Assembly: GCA_041690135.1 (NCBI GenBank) | Contig: JAWLHY010000001.1 | Coordinates: 1,440,001-1,504,000 of the forward strand | Length of the DNA stretch: 64,000 nt | Reading direction: 5' to 3' | Source of the DNA: Armatimonadota bacterium | GTDB taxonomy: Bacteria; Armatimonadota; SYMT01 | Part shown: positions 40,613 through 50,726 of the stretch, piece by piece | Layout: each line of letters begins with the position of its first letter | Position numbering within the stretch: the first letter of the stretch is position 1 | The notes under the pieces: generated by a model | What the model was told of the DNA's origin: nothing | The model's database searches: none | Seen by the model: only the letters and a program-made list of their open reading frames with translations | Position numbers and translations under genes: made by a program

Positions 40613-40989
40613 GATCTTGGATCTCCTCAGAGCTGCCGAGCCGCCGGCTGGTATCCTCTATTAACACGCGAGGGCATGGATCGTCTAAACTCTATCGGGC
40701 GAGAGCTTTGACGTTGCCGGATGCACCGGGCGGGTCCACGCCTCACGGAGCCGCAGAGGCAGACGGCGCTCACGGTTTCCACTAAAGTCTCTATACAAAC
40801 TACCCACGCAGGCGCGGAGGTTCAACCGTTCGGCGCGGCAAAGTGCTAACGGGGCGACGGCGCTTTCTTTATCTCCGACCGGTCTCGCCCGAACTATCCT
40901 GCTTGGTAAGGCCCTGCTTTGCTTGGGGGACGGACGAGAGCTTTCACGGGCACTGTCTGTCGCGACCCGCGTGCCTCATAGCCTTGCTT

Positions 40990-42522
40990 ATGAAGAATCC
41001 TGCTCTGAAGAAGAAGAAGAACGCAGTGATCTCCGTCCTCTTTCGATCCGCCCCCAAGAGTTTAAACGATTGGTCCGGCGCCCCTCTGGTGTGTGTGGGG
41101 GCGCTGCTCCTGGGCGCGATGCCGGCCGCCGCGCAGGAGGTGCCCGCTCCGACGGTCGCTCCTCCGGTGACTGGCGGAATGCCTCCTGTCACCGCTCCTC
41201 CAGTCACCGCGGCTCCGGAACCGCCGCGTCCGGCGATCAATCAACAGCCGATTTCCGTTCAGGAAGCGATTCAGATCGCTTATCAGCAACATGCCCGGGT
41301 AACCGTGGCCGAGGAAGGAGTGGAAGCGGCTCGTCAGCGCATCCGGCTCGCCCGCACCGGCACCCTCCCCCTGGTTACCGGTGAGGTCGCGTACAGTGGG
41401 CGCGGCACCAACAGCCTTTTTGGGGCGTTTGGTGGCGAGCCGACCCGAACCGTCCGGCCTTCTCCCGGTTCTCCCGGCCAGCCGCGGCGCGTGCTCGTGG
41501 ATACGGATACGCTCAGCTTTAACCAGGGTTTGCAGCCCCGGCTGGGCCTTGCGTGGAACGTATACGACGGAGGGCAAACGCGTGCCCAGGTTCGGCAGGC
41601 CCGCGCGGGGTTGGATGCGAACCAAAGCAACCTGGCGGCGGTACGCAATAACCTCGAATTCGATGTAACCGCGAACTACCTGCTGCAGCTCCGTTCCGAA
41701 CGACTCCTGGAGCTCCGAATCACCCAGGAACGGCTGGCGGAAGAGCAGCTCGCCCGCGTTGAAGCGCGGATCAGTGCCGGAGAGGCGCCGGCAGCGGATC
41801 GTGCCCTGGCCCTTTCCGACCTCCGGAACCGCCAGGTGGACCGGATCCAGGCGCAGAACGACGTCCAAGTGTCCGCCAACGCACTCCGGAATGCCATGGG
41901 GCTGCCGGTGGGACCGCCGCTGAACCTGGTGGAACTGCGGGAACGCCTGGAAGAGCCCCCTACCCTGGAGCAGCTCCAGGAGATCGCGAGACGCCAGCGA
42001 CCGGAGGTGGTGCAGGCTGCTGCTCAGGTTCAGATCGCCGAGCAGGGGGTGGCCCTGGCCCGGATCAACCGGCGGCCCCGCCTGGATACGGTGTTCAGCT
42101 TCAACGTCAATCCGAACAATCCACTCCAACGTTCCGACTTCGCTGTGGGCGCCAACGTATCGGTGCCGGTCTTCGATTTCGGGCGTACCCACGCCATTGA
42201 GCAGGAAGCCCGGACCGATGTCCAGGCAACTACGGCGCAGTTGGAGCAGGTGCGGAAGGACGTGCAGGCAGAGGTGGTCGAAGCCTATCTCAACCTGATC
42301 AACGCCCGGCAGCGCCTGGAGGCGAGCCGGCTCGCGGTGGAGGCGGCGCAGGTCAACCTGGAGAACGCGACGGCGCGTTACCAGCTGGGTGCGGCGGGCG
42401 CGAACGTGGTGGAGTTGATCACCGCGCAGACCCAGTTCGCTACCGCAAACAACAACGCCATTTCCGCGCTCTACGACGTGTTCCTCGCCCAGGCGCAGCT
42501 CGACCGGGCCATCGGACAGTGA
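40990..42522 (+). CDS. TolC-family outer membrane efflux protein
   Basis: Signal-like segment; two OEP repeats (WNVYDGG, VPVFDFG); typical helical pattern. Start uncertain (40990 or 41026). Confidence 0.9.
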   Translation: MKNPALKKKKNAVISVLFRSAPKSLNDWSGAPLVCVGALLLGAMPAAAQEVPAPTVAPPVTGGMPPVTAPPVTAAPEPPRPAINQQPISVQEAIQIAYQQHARVTVAEEGVEAARQRIRLARTGTLPLVTGEVAYSGRGTNSLFGAFGGEPTRTVRPSPGSPGQPRRVLVDTDTLSFNQGLQPRLGLAWNVYDGGQTRAQVRQARAGLDANQSNLAAVRNNLEFDVTANYLLQLRSERLLELRITQERLAEEQLARVEARISAGEAPAADRALALSDLRNRQVDRIQAQNDVQVSANALRNAMGLPVGPPLNLVELRERLEEPPTLEQLQEIARRQRPEVVQAAAQVQIAEQGVALARINRRPRLDTVFSFNVNPNNPLQRSDFAVGANVSVPVFDFGRTHAIEQEARTDVQATTAQLEQVRKDVQAEVVEAYLNLINARQRLEASRLAVEAAQVNLENATARYQLGAAGANVVELITAQTQFATANNNAISALYDVFLAQAQLDRAIGQ

Positions 42523-42795
42523 ACGAGGGTCCGGGCAGATTGCTCCGTTTGTCGGGCGTCATGTCGGGAGCGAGAAACCGTATTAATAAGAAGGGTTGTT
42601 GAATCTGCCAAACTGCGCCTCTGGTCAGCTTCTGCAACTCAACCGCGGCGCCGAGCGCGCGTCGATACGTGTGGGGAGCGCGTGCAGCCGCTCGCGGGAT
42701 TCGATTTGTTTTGGTTCGTTCGGGTCACGATCCGTCCTGGCGAGGGGCCAGGTTTACCTGGTCCCGGAAGTCGTGCGCGTAAGGGCTAGTTAAGT

Positions 42796-44592
42796 ATGAA
42801 TGTTCTCGTAAAGCGCCTGTTATCGCTTGTCGTGTTACTCGGAGTTATGGGGACGGCCTACGCCTTCATCAAGCCCTCCGCCAAGGCCAAGGCGAAAACG
42901 GCCGTCACCTATGAGTTCGGGGAAGTCGCAGTGGGCGACGTCCGCAGCTTTGTGACCGCCACCGGTATCGTCCAGCCCTGGAAGATCGTCGACGTCAAGT
43001 CGAACGTGGGCGGTCTCATTCGCGAAATGCCGGTGGAACTGGGCGACGTGGTGAAGGAAGGTCAGTTGATCATGCAGATCGACCAGACCGACACCCGGGC
43101 CGAACAGGACCAGGCAGCGGCCGACATCAAGTCTTCCAAGGCGCGCATCGAGCAGGCCAGGGCCACCCATCGCCAGCAAAAGGCGCAGACTGCGGCGCGG
43201 ATCGCGGCCGCGGAGCGGAGTGTGGAGTCGGCGAAGGCTCGGCTCGCGCAGGCCAAAGCCAACATGAAGGCGCAGCCGCACCTGGTGGATGCCGGTATCC
43301 GGCAGGCCAAAGCCGCCTTGTCTAGCGCCGAGAAGGCCGTGGCGCAGGCCCAGCAGAATCGCAAACAGCTTGACGCCGCCCTTAGCCAACTCAAACAGGT
43401 CACGATCCCTCTCAACATCGAGACGGTGCAGGCGAACCTTTCTCAGGCCCAGGCCACTCTCACCATCGCTGAACGCGACTACAAGCGCCTTAGCAACTTG
43501 CTCGCGCAGGGATACGTTTCGCGCGCAGAGGTAGATGACTCCTACGCCCGGCGGGCCAACGCGCAGGCGGCCGTCCGGACGGCAAAACAGCGCTTGAACA
43601 CGTTGAAGCAGGAAAATGAGCTGGCCGTTCGCGAGCTGCAGGCGCGGATTTCGGAGGCGGACTCCCGCGTCGAGGAGAGTGAGGCTCGCGTCGATCAGGC
43701 GAAGGCCCAACTCGCGATTGCCGAAGAGAACCGCTTTCAAACAGAGGTGCGCAATCACGAGTACGAAGCCGCCGCTGCCGCGGTGAAGGAGGCGGAGGCC
43801 GGGCTCCGGTCTGCTCAGGCCGAGCACGAAGCGATCATCGCGCGTGAGAAGGAAGTGGAAGCGGCGTCGGCCCAGATGGTTCGCGCGGAGGCCGCCTTCG
43901 CCCGGGCCGAGATCAACATGGGCTTCACCCGGATCACGGCGCCGCGCACCGGAGTGGTCATTACGAAGAATGTGGAGCAGGGCACTGTTATCGCCAGTAG
44001 TCGAGGGTCGATCGGTGCGACAAACGCTTTGCTCCAAATCGGGGACATCTCCCGCATCTGGATCGTGTGCTCCGTGGACGAAACCGATATCGGTCAGGTT
44101 AGCATGGGCCAGAAGGTCACCGTTCGGGTGGATGCCTATCCCTCGATGCTGGTGGAAGGGAAAGTGATCCGCATCGATCCGCAGGCGAAGATCGAGCAGA
44201 ACGTGACGATGATCCCTGTTACGGTGGAAATCAGCGAGCCCGATCCGAAGTTCAAGCCGGGGATGAACGCCACCTGTGAGTTCATCGTGGACGAAGCCCT
44301 GAACGTGATGACCGTCCCGAACGAAGCGTTGCTGGAGACGGAGGGCGAATACAAGGTCCGCAAGGTGGTGAACGGCGAGGCGAAGGAGTTCGTCGTGGAA
44401 GTCGGGATTGCCGGCCCGGACACGACCGAGATCCGGTCGGGGCTGGAAGCGGGAGAACAGGTGGTGACCCGGGTGATCGAACCCGAGGAAGCGGAAGCCA
44501 ATAATCCGTTTGGTAGTCCGTTCGGCATGGGCAGGAACCGTCGCAGTGGTGGTGGTGGCGGCCGTGGCGGCGGCGGCGGTGGACGAAGGTAG
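42796..44592 (+). CDS. MacA-like periplasmic adaptor subunit with very long coiled coil
   Basis: N-terminal anchor; VKSNVGG..V.LGD.VKEGQ, ITAPRTGVV, VDETDIGQV..GQ and KPGMNA. Confidence 0.9.
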   Translation: MNVLVKRLLSLVVLLGVMGTAYAFIKPSAKAKAKTAVTYEFGEVAVGDVRSFVTATGIVQPWKIVDVKSNVGGLIREMPVELGDVVKEGQLIMQIDQTDTRAEQDQAAADIKSSKARIEQARATHRQQKAQTAARIAAAERSVESAKARLAQAKANMKAQPHLVDAGIRQAKAALSSAEKAVAQAQQNRKQLDAALSQLKQVTIPLNIETVQANLSQAQATLTIAERDYKRLSNLLAQGYVSRAEVDDSYARRANAQAAVRTAKQRLNTLKQENELAVRELQARISEADSRVEESEARVDQAKAQLAIAEENRFQTEVRNHEYEAAAAAVKEAEAGLRSAQAEHEAIIAREKEVEAASAQMVRAEAAFARAEINMGFTRITAPRTGVVITKNVEQGTVIASSRGSIGATNALLQIGDISRIWIVCSVDETDIGQVSMGQKVTVRVDAYPSMLVEGKVIRIDPQAKIEQNVTMIPVTVEISEPDPKFKPGMNATCEFIVDEALNVMTVPNEALLETEGEYKVRKVVNGEAKEFVVEVGIAGPDTTEIRSGLEAGEQVVTRVIEPEEAEANNPFGSPFGMGRNRRSGGGGGRGGGGGGRR

Positions 44593-44601
44593 GTTGAGCC
44601 A

Positions 44602-45339
44602 ATGCTGAAGGTTGAGAACCTATTCAAAACCTACCGGATGGGCACCACCCTCGTGCATGCGCTCCGCGGGGTTTCGCTGGAGATCGGCGCCGGAGAGTTC
44701 GTGGCGATCATGGGCCCTTCCGGGTCGGGAAAGTCCACCTTTATGAACATCGTGGGCTGCCTGGACAAGCCGACCTCCGGAGAGTACTGGCTCGACGGGA
44801 TCAACGTCTCCCGCATGAACGATAACCGGCTCGCCGAGATCCGGAACGAAAAGATCGGGTTCGTATTCCAGCAGTTCAACCTGCTGCCGCGCACCAGTGC
44901 CCTGCGACAGGTGGAACTGCCCATGCTCTACAACGGCATGCCGAACCGTAGGGAGCGGGCCATGCAGGCGCTCACCGCCGTGGGTCTCGGACAGCGGCAT
45001 CATCATACGCCGTCGGAACTCTCCGGGGGGCAGCAGCAGCGCGTTGCCATCGCGCGGGCCCTGGTAAATGATCCCGTGATTCTCCTGGCGGACGAACCTA
45101 CAGGAGCCCTGGATACCCGCACGGGCGAGGAGATCATGGCGATCTTCCAGCAGCTCCACCGGGCGGGAAAGACGGTGGTGATCGTCACGCATGAATGGGA
45201 CATCGCCCTCCACTGCAGCCGGGTGATCCGGTTCAAGGACGGGCTGATCCTTTCCGACGAGATGGTGCCCGAACCCAAGGACGCTCTCGAGGAGCTGGAA
45301 AAGCTTCCCGACATTACCGATCAGGTGCCAATCGCATGA
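44602..45339 (+). CDS. ABC transporter ATP-binding protein (MacB/LolD-like)
   Basis: [42 protein letters not shown] and VTH. Confidence 0.96.
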   Translation: MLKVENLFKTYRMGTTLVHALRGVSLEIGAGEFVAIMGPSGSGKSTFMNIVGCLDKPTSGEYWLDGINVSRMNDNRLAEIRNEKIGFVFQQFNLLPRTSALRQVELPMLYNGMPNRRERAMQALTAVGLGQRHHHTPSELSGGQQQRVAIARALVNDPVILLADEPTGALDTRTGEEIMAIFQQLHRAGKTVVIVTHEWDIALHCSRVIRFKDGLILSDEMVPEPKDALEELEKLPDITDQVPIA

Positions 45340-46634
45340 GCGCCGCCGAACGGACCGCCGCCATAACCCTGCCCGCGTCGATCGAAAAGCGCGGGCGGCG
45401 TGGGATGAGCATCACGGAAGCTTTCCGCATCGCGCTGTCCGCGTTGATGTCGAATAAGCTCCGGTCGTTCCTGACCATGCTCGGGATCATCATCGGGGTC
45501 GCCTCGTTCATCGTCACGATGGCCCTGGGGATGGGGGCGGCCAAAGTGACGCAGGACGCCATCCGCAAGATGGGCACCAACGTCCTGTCCGTCATTCCGC
45601 AAAGCATGATGCGCGGCGGCGTCAGCCAGGGCCTCGGCTCCAACCAGAACCTGAAGTTGGAGGATGTCGAGGTCATCAAGAAGTTCTGCCCCTCGGTCAA
45701 GGTGGCGGTGCCGGAGTATCGCGGCAGCGGCCAGGTGAAGTACCAGAACCAGAACACGCGGACCACCGTCTATGGGGTGACCCCACCCTACTTCGAGATC
45801 CGCAACATGCCTGTAGCCCAGGGTAAGAATTTCACCGAGGATGACGTGCGCCGCAGCGCCAAGGTCTGCGTCCTGGGCGATAGCGTGCGGGAGACGCTCT
45901 TCGGTTCGCTCCAACCGGTGGGCAAGTACATCAAGGTCAACGGCCAGAACTTCAAGGTCGTCGGTGTCACGCAGAAGCGCGGTGGCGGCGGTTTCCGCAA
46001 CCCGGACGACCAGATCACCATCCCCATCAGCACCGCGATGCGCCGTGTCTTCGGCGTGGACTACCTCAACAGCATCAGCGTCCAGGCGGTCTCCGAGGAC
46101 AAGATGCTGGCGGTGGAAGAGGAGATCGAAGAAGCGATCCGCAAGGCGCACCGTCAGCCTCCGGGCGAGCCTTCGGATGTCCGCATCTTTAACCAGGCAG
46201 ACCTCACCGAAACGGCGGCCGCCCAGAGCTCCGTGCTTACCCTCACCCTGGGGGGGCTGGCCGTGATCTCCCTGCTGGTCGGCGGCATCGGCATCATGAA
46301 CATCATGCTCGTGTCGGTGACCGAAAGGACCCGGGAGATCGGCATCCGGAAAGCCATCGGGGCCAAGCGTAAGCATATCCTCTACCAGTTCCTGATCGAG
46401 TCCGTCACGCTGAGCCTGGTGGGCGGTTTCCTCGGCATTTCACTGGGAGTGGCCATCTCGCTCTGGCTGGCCAAGCCGCAGGATGAAGGCGGCTTCGGTT
46501 TTCCGATGCTCCTATCGATGACGCCGATGATCCTTTCCTTCGGATCCTCGGCGCTGGTCGGCGTCTTTTTCGGCATCTACCCGGCGTTCAAGGCTTCCGC
46601 CCTCAACCCGATCGAAGCGCTGCGTTACGAGTAG
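45336..46634 (+). CDS. ABC transporter permease (MacB/FtsX-like)
   Basis: [13 protein letters not shown] and [29 protein letters not shown]; ends PIEALRYE; ATGA overlap with the ATPase gene. Confidence 0.95.
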   Translation: MSAAERTAAITLPASIEKRGRRGMSITEAFRIALSALMSNKLRSFLTMLGIIIGVASFIVTMALGMGAAKVTQDAIRKMGTNVLSVIPQSMMRGGVSQGLGSNQNLKLEDVEVIKKFCPSVKVAVPEYRGSGQVKYQNQNTRTTVYGVTPPYFEIRNMPVAQGKNFTEDDVRRSAKVCVLGDSVRETLFGSLQPVGKYIKVNGQNFKVVGVTQKRGGGGFRNPDDQITIPISTAMRRVFGVDYLNSISVQAVSEDKMLAVEEEIEEAIRKAHRQPPGEPSDVRIFNQADLTETAAAQSSVLTLTLGGLAVISLLVGGIGIMNIMLVSVTERTREIGIRKAIGAKRKHILYQFLIESVTLSLVGGFLGISLGVAISLWLAKPQDEGGFGFPMLLSMTPMILSFGSSALVGVFFGIYPAFKASALNPIEALRYE

Positions 46635-46705
46635 GCGGAACGGGGCCAGCCCCGGCACCTCACCCAGACCTGTACCGGTCCCCGACGGACCGGAGGAGAA
46701 CTGCA

Positions 46706-47440
46706 ATGCGATCCACTCGCGCTACCCTACTTGCTGTTTGCCTCACCACGCTGTCCGCCGGCGCGACCCTGGCGCAGGGGCCGGGAGGCCCGGGCGGCGG
46801 CGGTTTCGGCGCCTTCCAGAAGTTCCGCGACCAGCACAAGTACACGTTCCAGTTGTCCACCACCCTCCGCAGCGGGCTTACGGAGATGGAGCGCTCCAAG
46901 AGCACCCAACTGAAGCCGGCACAGGCCAAGCAACTCCTGGGAGTGCTCACGCCTCTCCGCAAAAAGCCGAAGTTGACGCAGGAAGAGGCCAAGTCCACCA
47001 TCCAGAAAGTTCAGAAGGTCTTCGACGCGCGCCAGCTCTCCGCCGTGGACAAGGCGATCCAGGCTTCCCAGCGCCGACGTGGCGGTGGTGGACCGGGAGG
47101 TGGTCCTGGTGGCGGCGGACCTGGGGGGCCCGGTGGCGGTGCTCCGGGCGGCAGCGGCGCCGGACGTCCCGGTGGCGGTGGACCGGGAGGCCCCGGTGGT
47201 CCTGGCGGTGGGCGCCCTGCCTTCGACTTCAACGCGATGAAAAACTTCAACCCGTTGAACCCGGACAAAAAGAACCCGCGCTACGAACGGAACAAGGAGA
47301 TGAACGATAAGCTGTTCGGCTTCCTCACCGCTCGCGCTGCCGGCAAGACTGCCACGCTCGACCTCCCCTCCTTCGGTGATCGCCGCGGCCCCGGCGGCCC
47401 TGGCGGCGGTTCCGGCGACCGCCCCCGCGGCAACCGCTAA
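46706..47440 (+). CDS. Secreted Gly/Pro-rich hypothetical protein
   Basis: GGAGGAG RBS; signal peptide ending TLA-Q; Lys-rich helical core with GPGG-repeat segments. Confidence 0.8.
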   Translation: MRSTRATLLAVCLTTLSAGATLAQGPGGPGGGGFGAFQKFRDQHKYTFQLSTTLRSGLTEMERSKSTQLKPAQAKQLLGVLTPLRKKPKLTQEEAKSTIQKVQKVFDARQLSAVDKAIQASQRRRGGGGPGGGPGGGGPGGPGGGAPGGSGAGRPGGGGPGGPGGPGGGRPAFDFNAMKNFNPLNPDKKNPRYERNKEMNDKLFGFLTARAAGKTATLDLPSFGDRRGPGGPGGGSGDRPRGNR

Positions 47441-47463
47441 TCCAATTCCAGAATTCAGATGAA

Positions 47464-47495
47464 GAAGAGGCCAGGAGGAAACTCCCGGCCTCTTC
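47464..47495. terminator. Stem-loop between convergent genes
   Basis: GAAGAGGCC-aGGAG-gaaa-CTCCc-GGCCTCTTC. Confidence 0.65.
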
Positions 47496-48063
47496 ATTCA
47501 CTAAATTCCGCTCCCAGGTAGATCCGATAACGGAAACTGGGCGTTCCCCCGTGGGCCGGCAGCTTGTTGAACGTTTCCACCAGAACACCCCCGTTCGCCT
47601 CGATCACGCGTTGCGAGGCTATGTTCCCCACGTCCACCGTCAGTTCCACGTAGTTGAGCCCCTCCTCCCGCACCTCGGACAGAAACATCCCCAGGGCCCG
47701 GGTCGCATAGCCGCGCCGGCGTTTCCAGGGCACCACCGAGTAGCCGATGTGCCCCAGGCAGTGCGGGGGCAACTCGGACGTACCCGGCTGCCAGCGGAAG
47801 CTGATGATCCCGCAAAACTCCCCATCCCACATCCATCGCTGGTAGCTGGGCAGGCGGGTGATGGTTGACCCATCAGGCAAGATGATCGGCGGGCCCTGGG
47901 CTTCCCGGTCGACCTGCAGCGCCAGGAACTGGTCCGGTTCCGCGGCGATACGCGCCAACTCCTCCCGCGCGGCCTCGGTCCGCATGGTGTCCGGCGACCA
48001 CCCGCGTTCCAGCGCGGCCACATAGCTGGAAAGGTATTCGACTGCGGGCCATACGAGTCTCAC
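47494..48063 (-). CDS. GNAT-family N-acetyltransferase
   Basis: GHIGYSVVPWKRRRGYA and NIASQRVIEANGG. Confidence 0.9.
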   Translation of the reverse strand: MRLVWPAVEYLSSYVAALERGWSPDTMRTEAAREELARIAAEPDQFLALQVDREAQGPPIILPDGSTITRLPSYQRWMWDGEFCGIISFRWQPGTSELPPHCLGHIGYSVVPWKRRRGYATRALGMFLSEVREEGLNYVELTVDVGNIASQRVIEANGGVLVETFNKLPAHGGTPSFRYRIYLGAEFSE

Positions 48064-48638
48064 AGGCCATCCTCCGGTTGGATCTCAAGCGTTAGACAAT
48101 AATCTCTGTATCCCACGGCTCGCCAGAACCGGACCGCCCGCTCATTGGCGACCAGCACGTCGACGGTGAGCCTCTTACCCTTTGGCCAGACCTGGCTTCG
48201 GAGGATCTCCAGCGCCCGTCGGCCCAGTCCCTCGCCGCGTCGATGCGGCACGACGAAGAACTGGCGCAGATAAATCTCCTCCGCTCGCTCGCGGAAGAGA
48301 GCGTACGCCACTACCTCCCCATCCTTCTCGTACAGCACGGCCCGATAATCGGCGGTTAGCCACCCACGCATCCGCTGCTCTAGTTCCGGGACCGTCATCG
48401 GGTACTCCCGGCTTCCAAGAATGGGCCAGGAATACTTGATGCACGGCAGCGTTATCTCGGTGGCGCATCGATCCATCCGAACGAGCATTTCCTCCCGGGT
48501 ATCCCAGCCAGCGCACTCCAGATGTCCGTTTCGATCGACCGCGGGACGTGCCAGGTAATCATCCCGAGCTTCAGGAAGCAGTCGCGCCAGGACGTCCGCT
48601 TCCGATGCAATCACAATATAAGAGACGTAGTATCCCAT
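48060..48638 (-). CDS. GNAT-family N-acetyltransferase with atypical N-terminus
   Basis: YLRQFFV..RRGEGLGR and N.RAVRFWRAVGY. GNAT-like sequence is clear only from about 48398 onward. Confidence 0.75.
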   Translation of the reverse strand: MGYYVSYIVIASEADVLARLLPEARDDYLARPAVDRNGHLECAGWDTREEMLVRMDRCATEITLPCIKYSWPILGSREYPMTVPELEQRMRGWLTADYRAVLYEKDGEVVAYALFRERAEEIYLRQFFVVPHRRGEGLGRRALEILRSQVWPKGKRLTVDVLVANERAVRFWRAVGYRDYCLTLEIQPEDGL

Positions 48639-48690
48639 GGGGGTTGTCCCGCACAGCGGCTCGTGTGTTGGCGTGCCCCAATAAGCCCGG

Positions 48691-48897
48691 CTAATTCCGA
48701 AAGAACATCAGGTATAACGCGAGCCCAGCCACGGCGAGCCCCACGATCCGCACCGCCCATTGGAGCGCGGTTTCGTCCTCAAATGCGCCCAGGCCAATGG
48801 CGCAGATCATCCAGGTCGGGGCCACAACGGCGAACAGACCCGCGACTAACACCAAAAGCATGACGCCTCCCCTCGCTCTATCCAGGATCCGTATCAC
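48691..48897 (-). CDS. Small two-TM membrane protein
   Basis: Two hydrophobic stretches. The start may be the ATG near 48862, which follows GGGAGG. Confidence 0.5.
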   Translation of the reverse strand: MIRILDRARGGVMLLVLVAGLFAVVAPTWMICAIGLGAFEDETALQWAVRIVGLAVAGLALYLMFFRN

Positions 48898-49271
48898 TCA
48901 ACGGTGCAAGCGCGGGTCAGGTTGCGCGTGACTCTCCCCGGATTTGGGCTGGAGCCGACCCGGTGTGATCCGTGTTTGCTTCCGTTGCGTTCCCAGTCTA
49001 TTGCTTGTCCTCAACCACATTCCATGGCACAATCGGTCCACCGAATAAGCGCCCGATCATCAGGTGCCCAGCCGTCTGGGTTAACTTATCAGCAGGGGGG
49101 TAACCAGGTCCGTTCAACTTTGAGGGATCAACCTTATACTCGCGGCTAATGCCCCGAAACCCTGGAGAGGCTTCAGTTCTGGCTTCGGCGGCGGGCTTCT
49201 ACTTTCAACTTTCCTCTCGCAAACCTGCCAACCCGCAATCCCTGAACTCACTCCGGGAAACCCGTAACTCA

Positions 49272-50726
49272 ATGCTCCTAACCATCACCACCACCCATCA
49301 GCCGGCCACCGACCTGGGCTACCTGCTCGTCAAGAACCCGGCGCGTGTGCAGGAATTCGAGCTTAGCTTCGGCAAAGCGGTGGTCTTCTATCCGGAGGCC
49401 TCGGAAGAGTGTTGTACCGCGGCCCTGCTGCTGGAGGTGGATCCCGTGGGGCTGGTGCGAGGACGCCAAGGTCCTGCGGGTGAAGGCCGGCAGTTGGAGC
49501 AGTACGTCAACGACCGCCCCTACGTCGCCTCCTCCTTCATGAGCGTGGCATTGGCCGCGGTGTTTCGGACGGCCCTCTCCGGAAAGAGCAAAGAGCGACC
49601 GGAACTGGCCGAGGCGGCGATCCCACTGGAGGCCACTCTGACGGCACTCCCCTGTCGTGGCGGGGAAGGCTTCTTACGGCGGCTGTTCGAGCCGCTGGGG
49701 TACCGGCTGGACCTTCAGCGCCTGCCGCTGGACTCCCAGCACCCCGAGTGGGGCTCCAGTCCCTACTTCACGGTGACCCTGGCCGCGGAGTGCCGCCTCT
49801 GCGATCTTCTCACTCACCTGTATGTGCTCGTTCCTGTGCTGGACCAGGACAAGCACTACTGGGTCGGCGAGGATGAGGTCGAGAAACTCCTGCGCTTCGG
49901 TGAAGGCTGGCTCAACGCGCATCCGGAGAAGAAGGAGATCACACGTCGCTACCTCCAGCGGCGGCCTTCCCTGATCCGGCAGGCGCTGGCGCGGCTGGCC
50001 GCGGAAGATACCGGAGCCGACGAGGAGGAAACCAGCAACCCGGACCGCCTCGAGGCGCAGATGGAAACCCAGATCGACGCGTCTGCCTCCGCGCCGGGAG
50101 CAACCGGCGAGGATAAACCCCGCAGCCTCAACGACCAGCGGCTGGAGGCGGTTTTGGCAGCCCTGCGTGAGAGCGGAGCCCGGCGCGTGCTCGATCTGGG
50201 TTGTGGGGAAGGGCGCCTGCTCGAACGCCTGATGCGTCAGAACTGCTTTCAGGAGATCGTCGGCCTGGACGTCTCCTATCGTGCGATGGAGATCGCGCAA
50301 CGGCGGCTGCACCTGGATCGCGCTTCCGACCGGCAGCGGGAGCGAGTGCGATTACTCCACGGAGCCCTCACCTATCGCGACCGTCGGCTCGAGGGCTTTG
50401 ACGCGGCTGCCGTGGTGGAGGTGATCGAGCACCTGGATCTGCCCCGTCTCGCGGCATTCGAACGTGTCCTGTTCGAGTGCGCTCGCCCGGGAGTTGTCGT
50501 CCTGTCGACCCCGAACGCTGAGTACAACGTACGGTGGCCCAGCCTTCCCGCCGGCCGCTTCCGACACCGCGACCACCGTTTCGAGTGGAGCCGTTCCGAG
50601 TTCCAGACCTGGGCAGAAGCGGTTGCCGGCCGCTTCGGCTACACGGTGCAGTTCTCCCCCATTGGACCGATCGATCCCGAGGTCGGCTCGCCGACCCAGA
50701 TGGCCGTTTTTACCCGCAGCACATGA
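49272..50726 (+). CDS. hen1: 3'-terminal RNA ribose 2'-O-methyltransferase Hen1
   Basis: MLLTITTTHQPATDLGYLL.KNP, YVNDRPY, VLDLGCGEG, EVIEHL, TPN.EYN and RHRDHRFEW. Confidence 0.96.
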   Translation: MLLTITTTHQPATDLGYLLVKNPARVQEFELSFGKAVVFYPEASEECCTAALLLEVDPVGLVRGRQGPAGEGRQLEQYVNDRPYVASSFMSVALAAVFRTALSGKSKERPELAEAAIPLEATLTALPCRGGEGFLRRLFEPLGYRLDLQRLPLDSQHPEWGSSPYFTVTLAAECRLCDLLTHLYVLVPVLDQDKHYWVGEDEVEKLLRFGEGWLNAHPEKKEITRRYLQRRPSLIRQALARLAAEDTGADEEETSNPDRLEAQMETQIDASASAPGATGEDKPRSLNDQRLEAVLAALRESGARRVLDLGCGEGRLLERLMRQNCFQEIVGLDVSYRAMEIAQRRLHLDRASDRQRERVRLLHGALTYRDRRLEGFDAAAVVEVIEHLDLPRLAAFERVLFECARPGVVVLSTPNAEYNVRWPSLPAGRFRHRDHRFEWSRSEFQTWAEAVAGRFGYTVQFSPIGPIDPEVGSPTQMAVFTRST

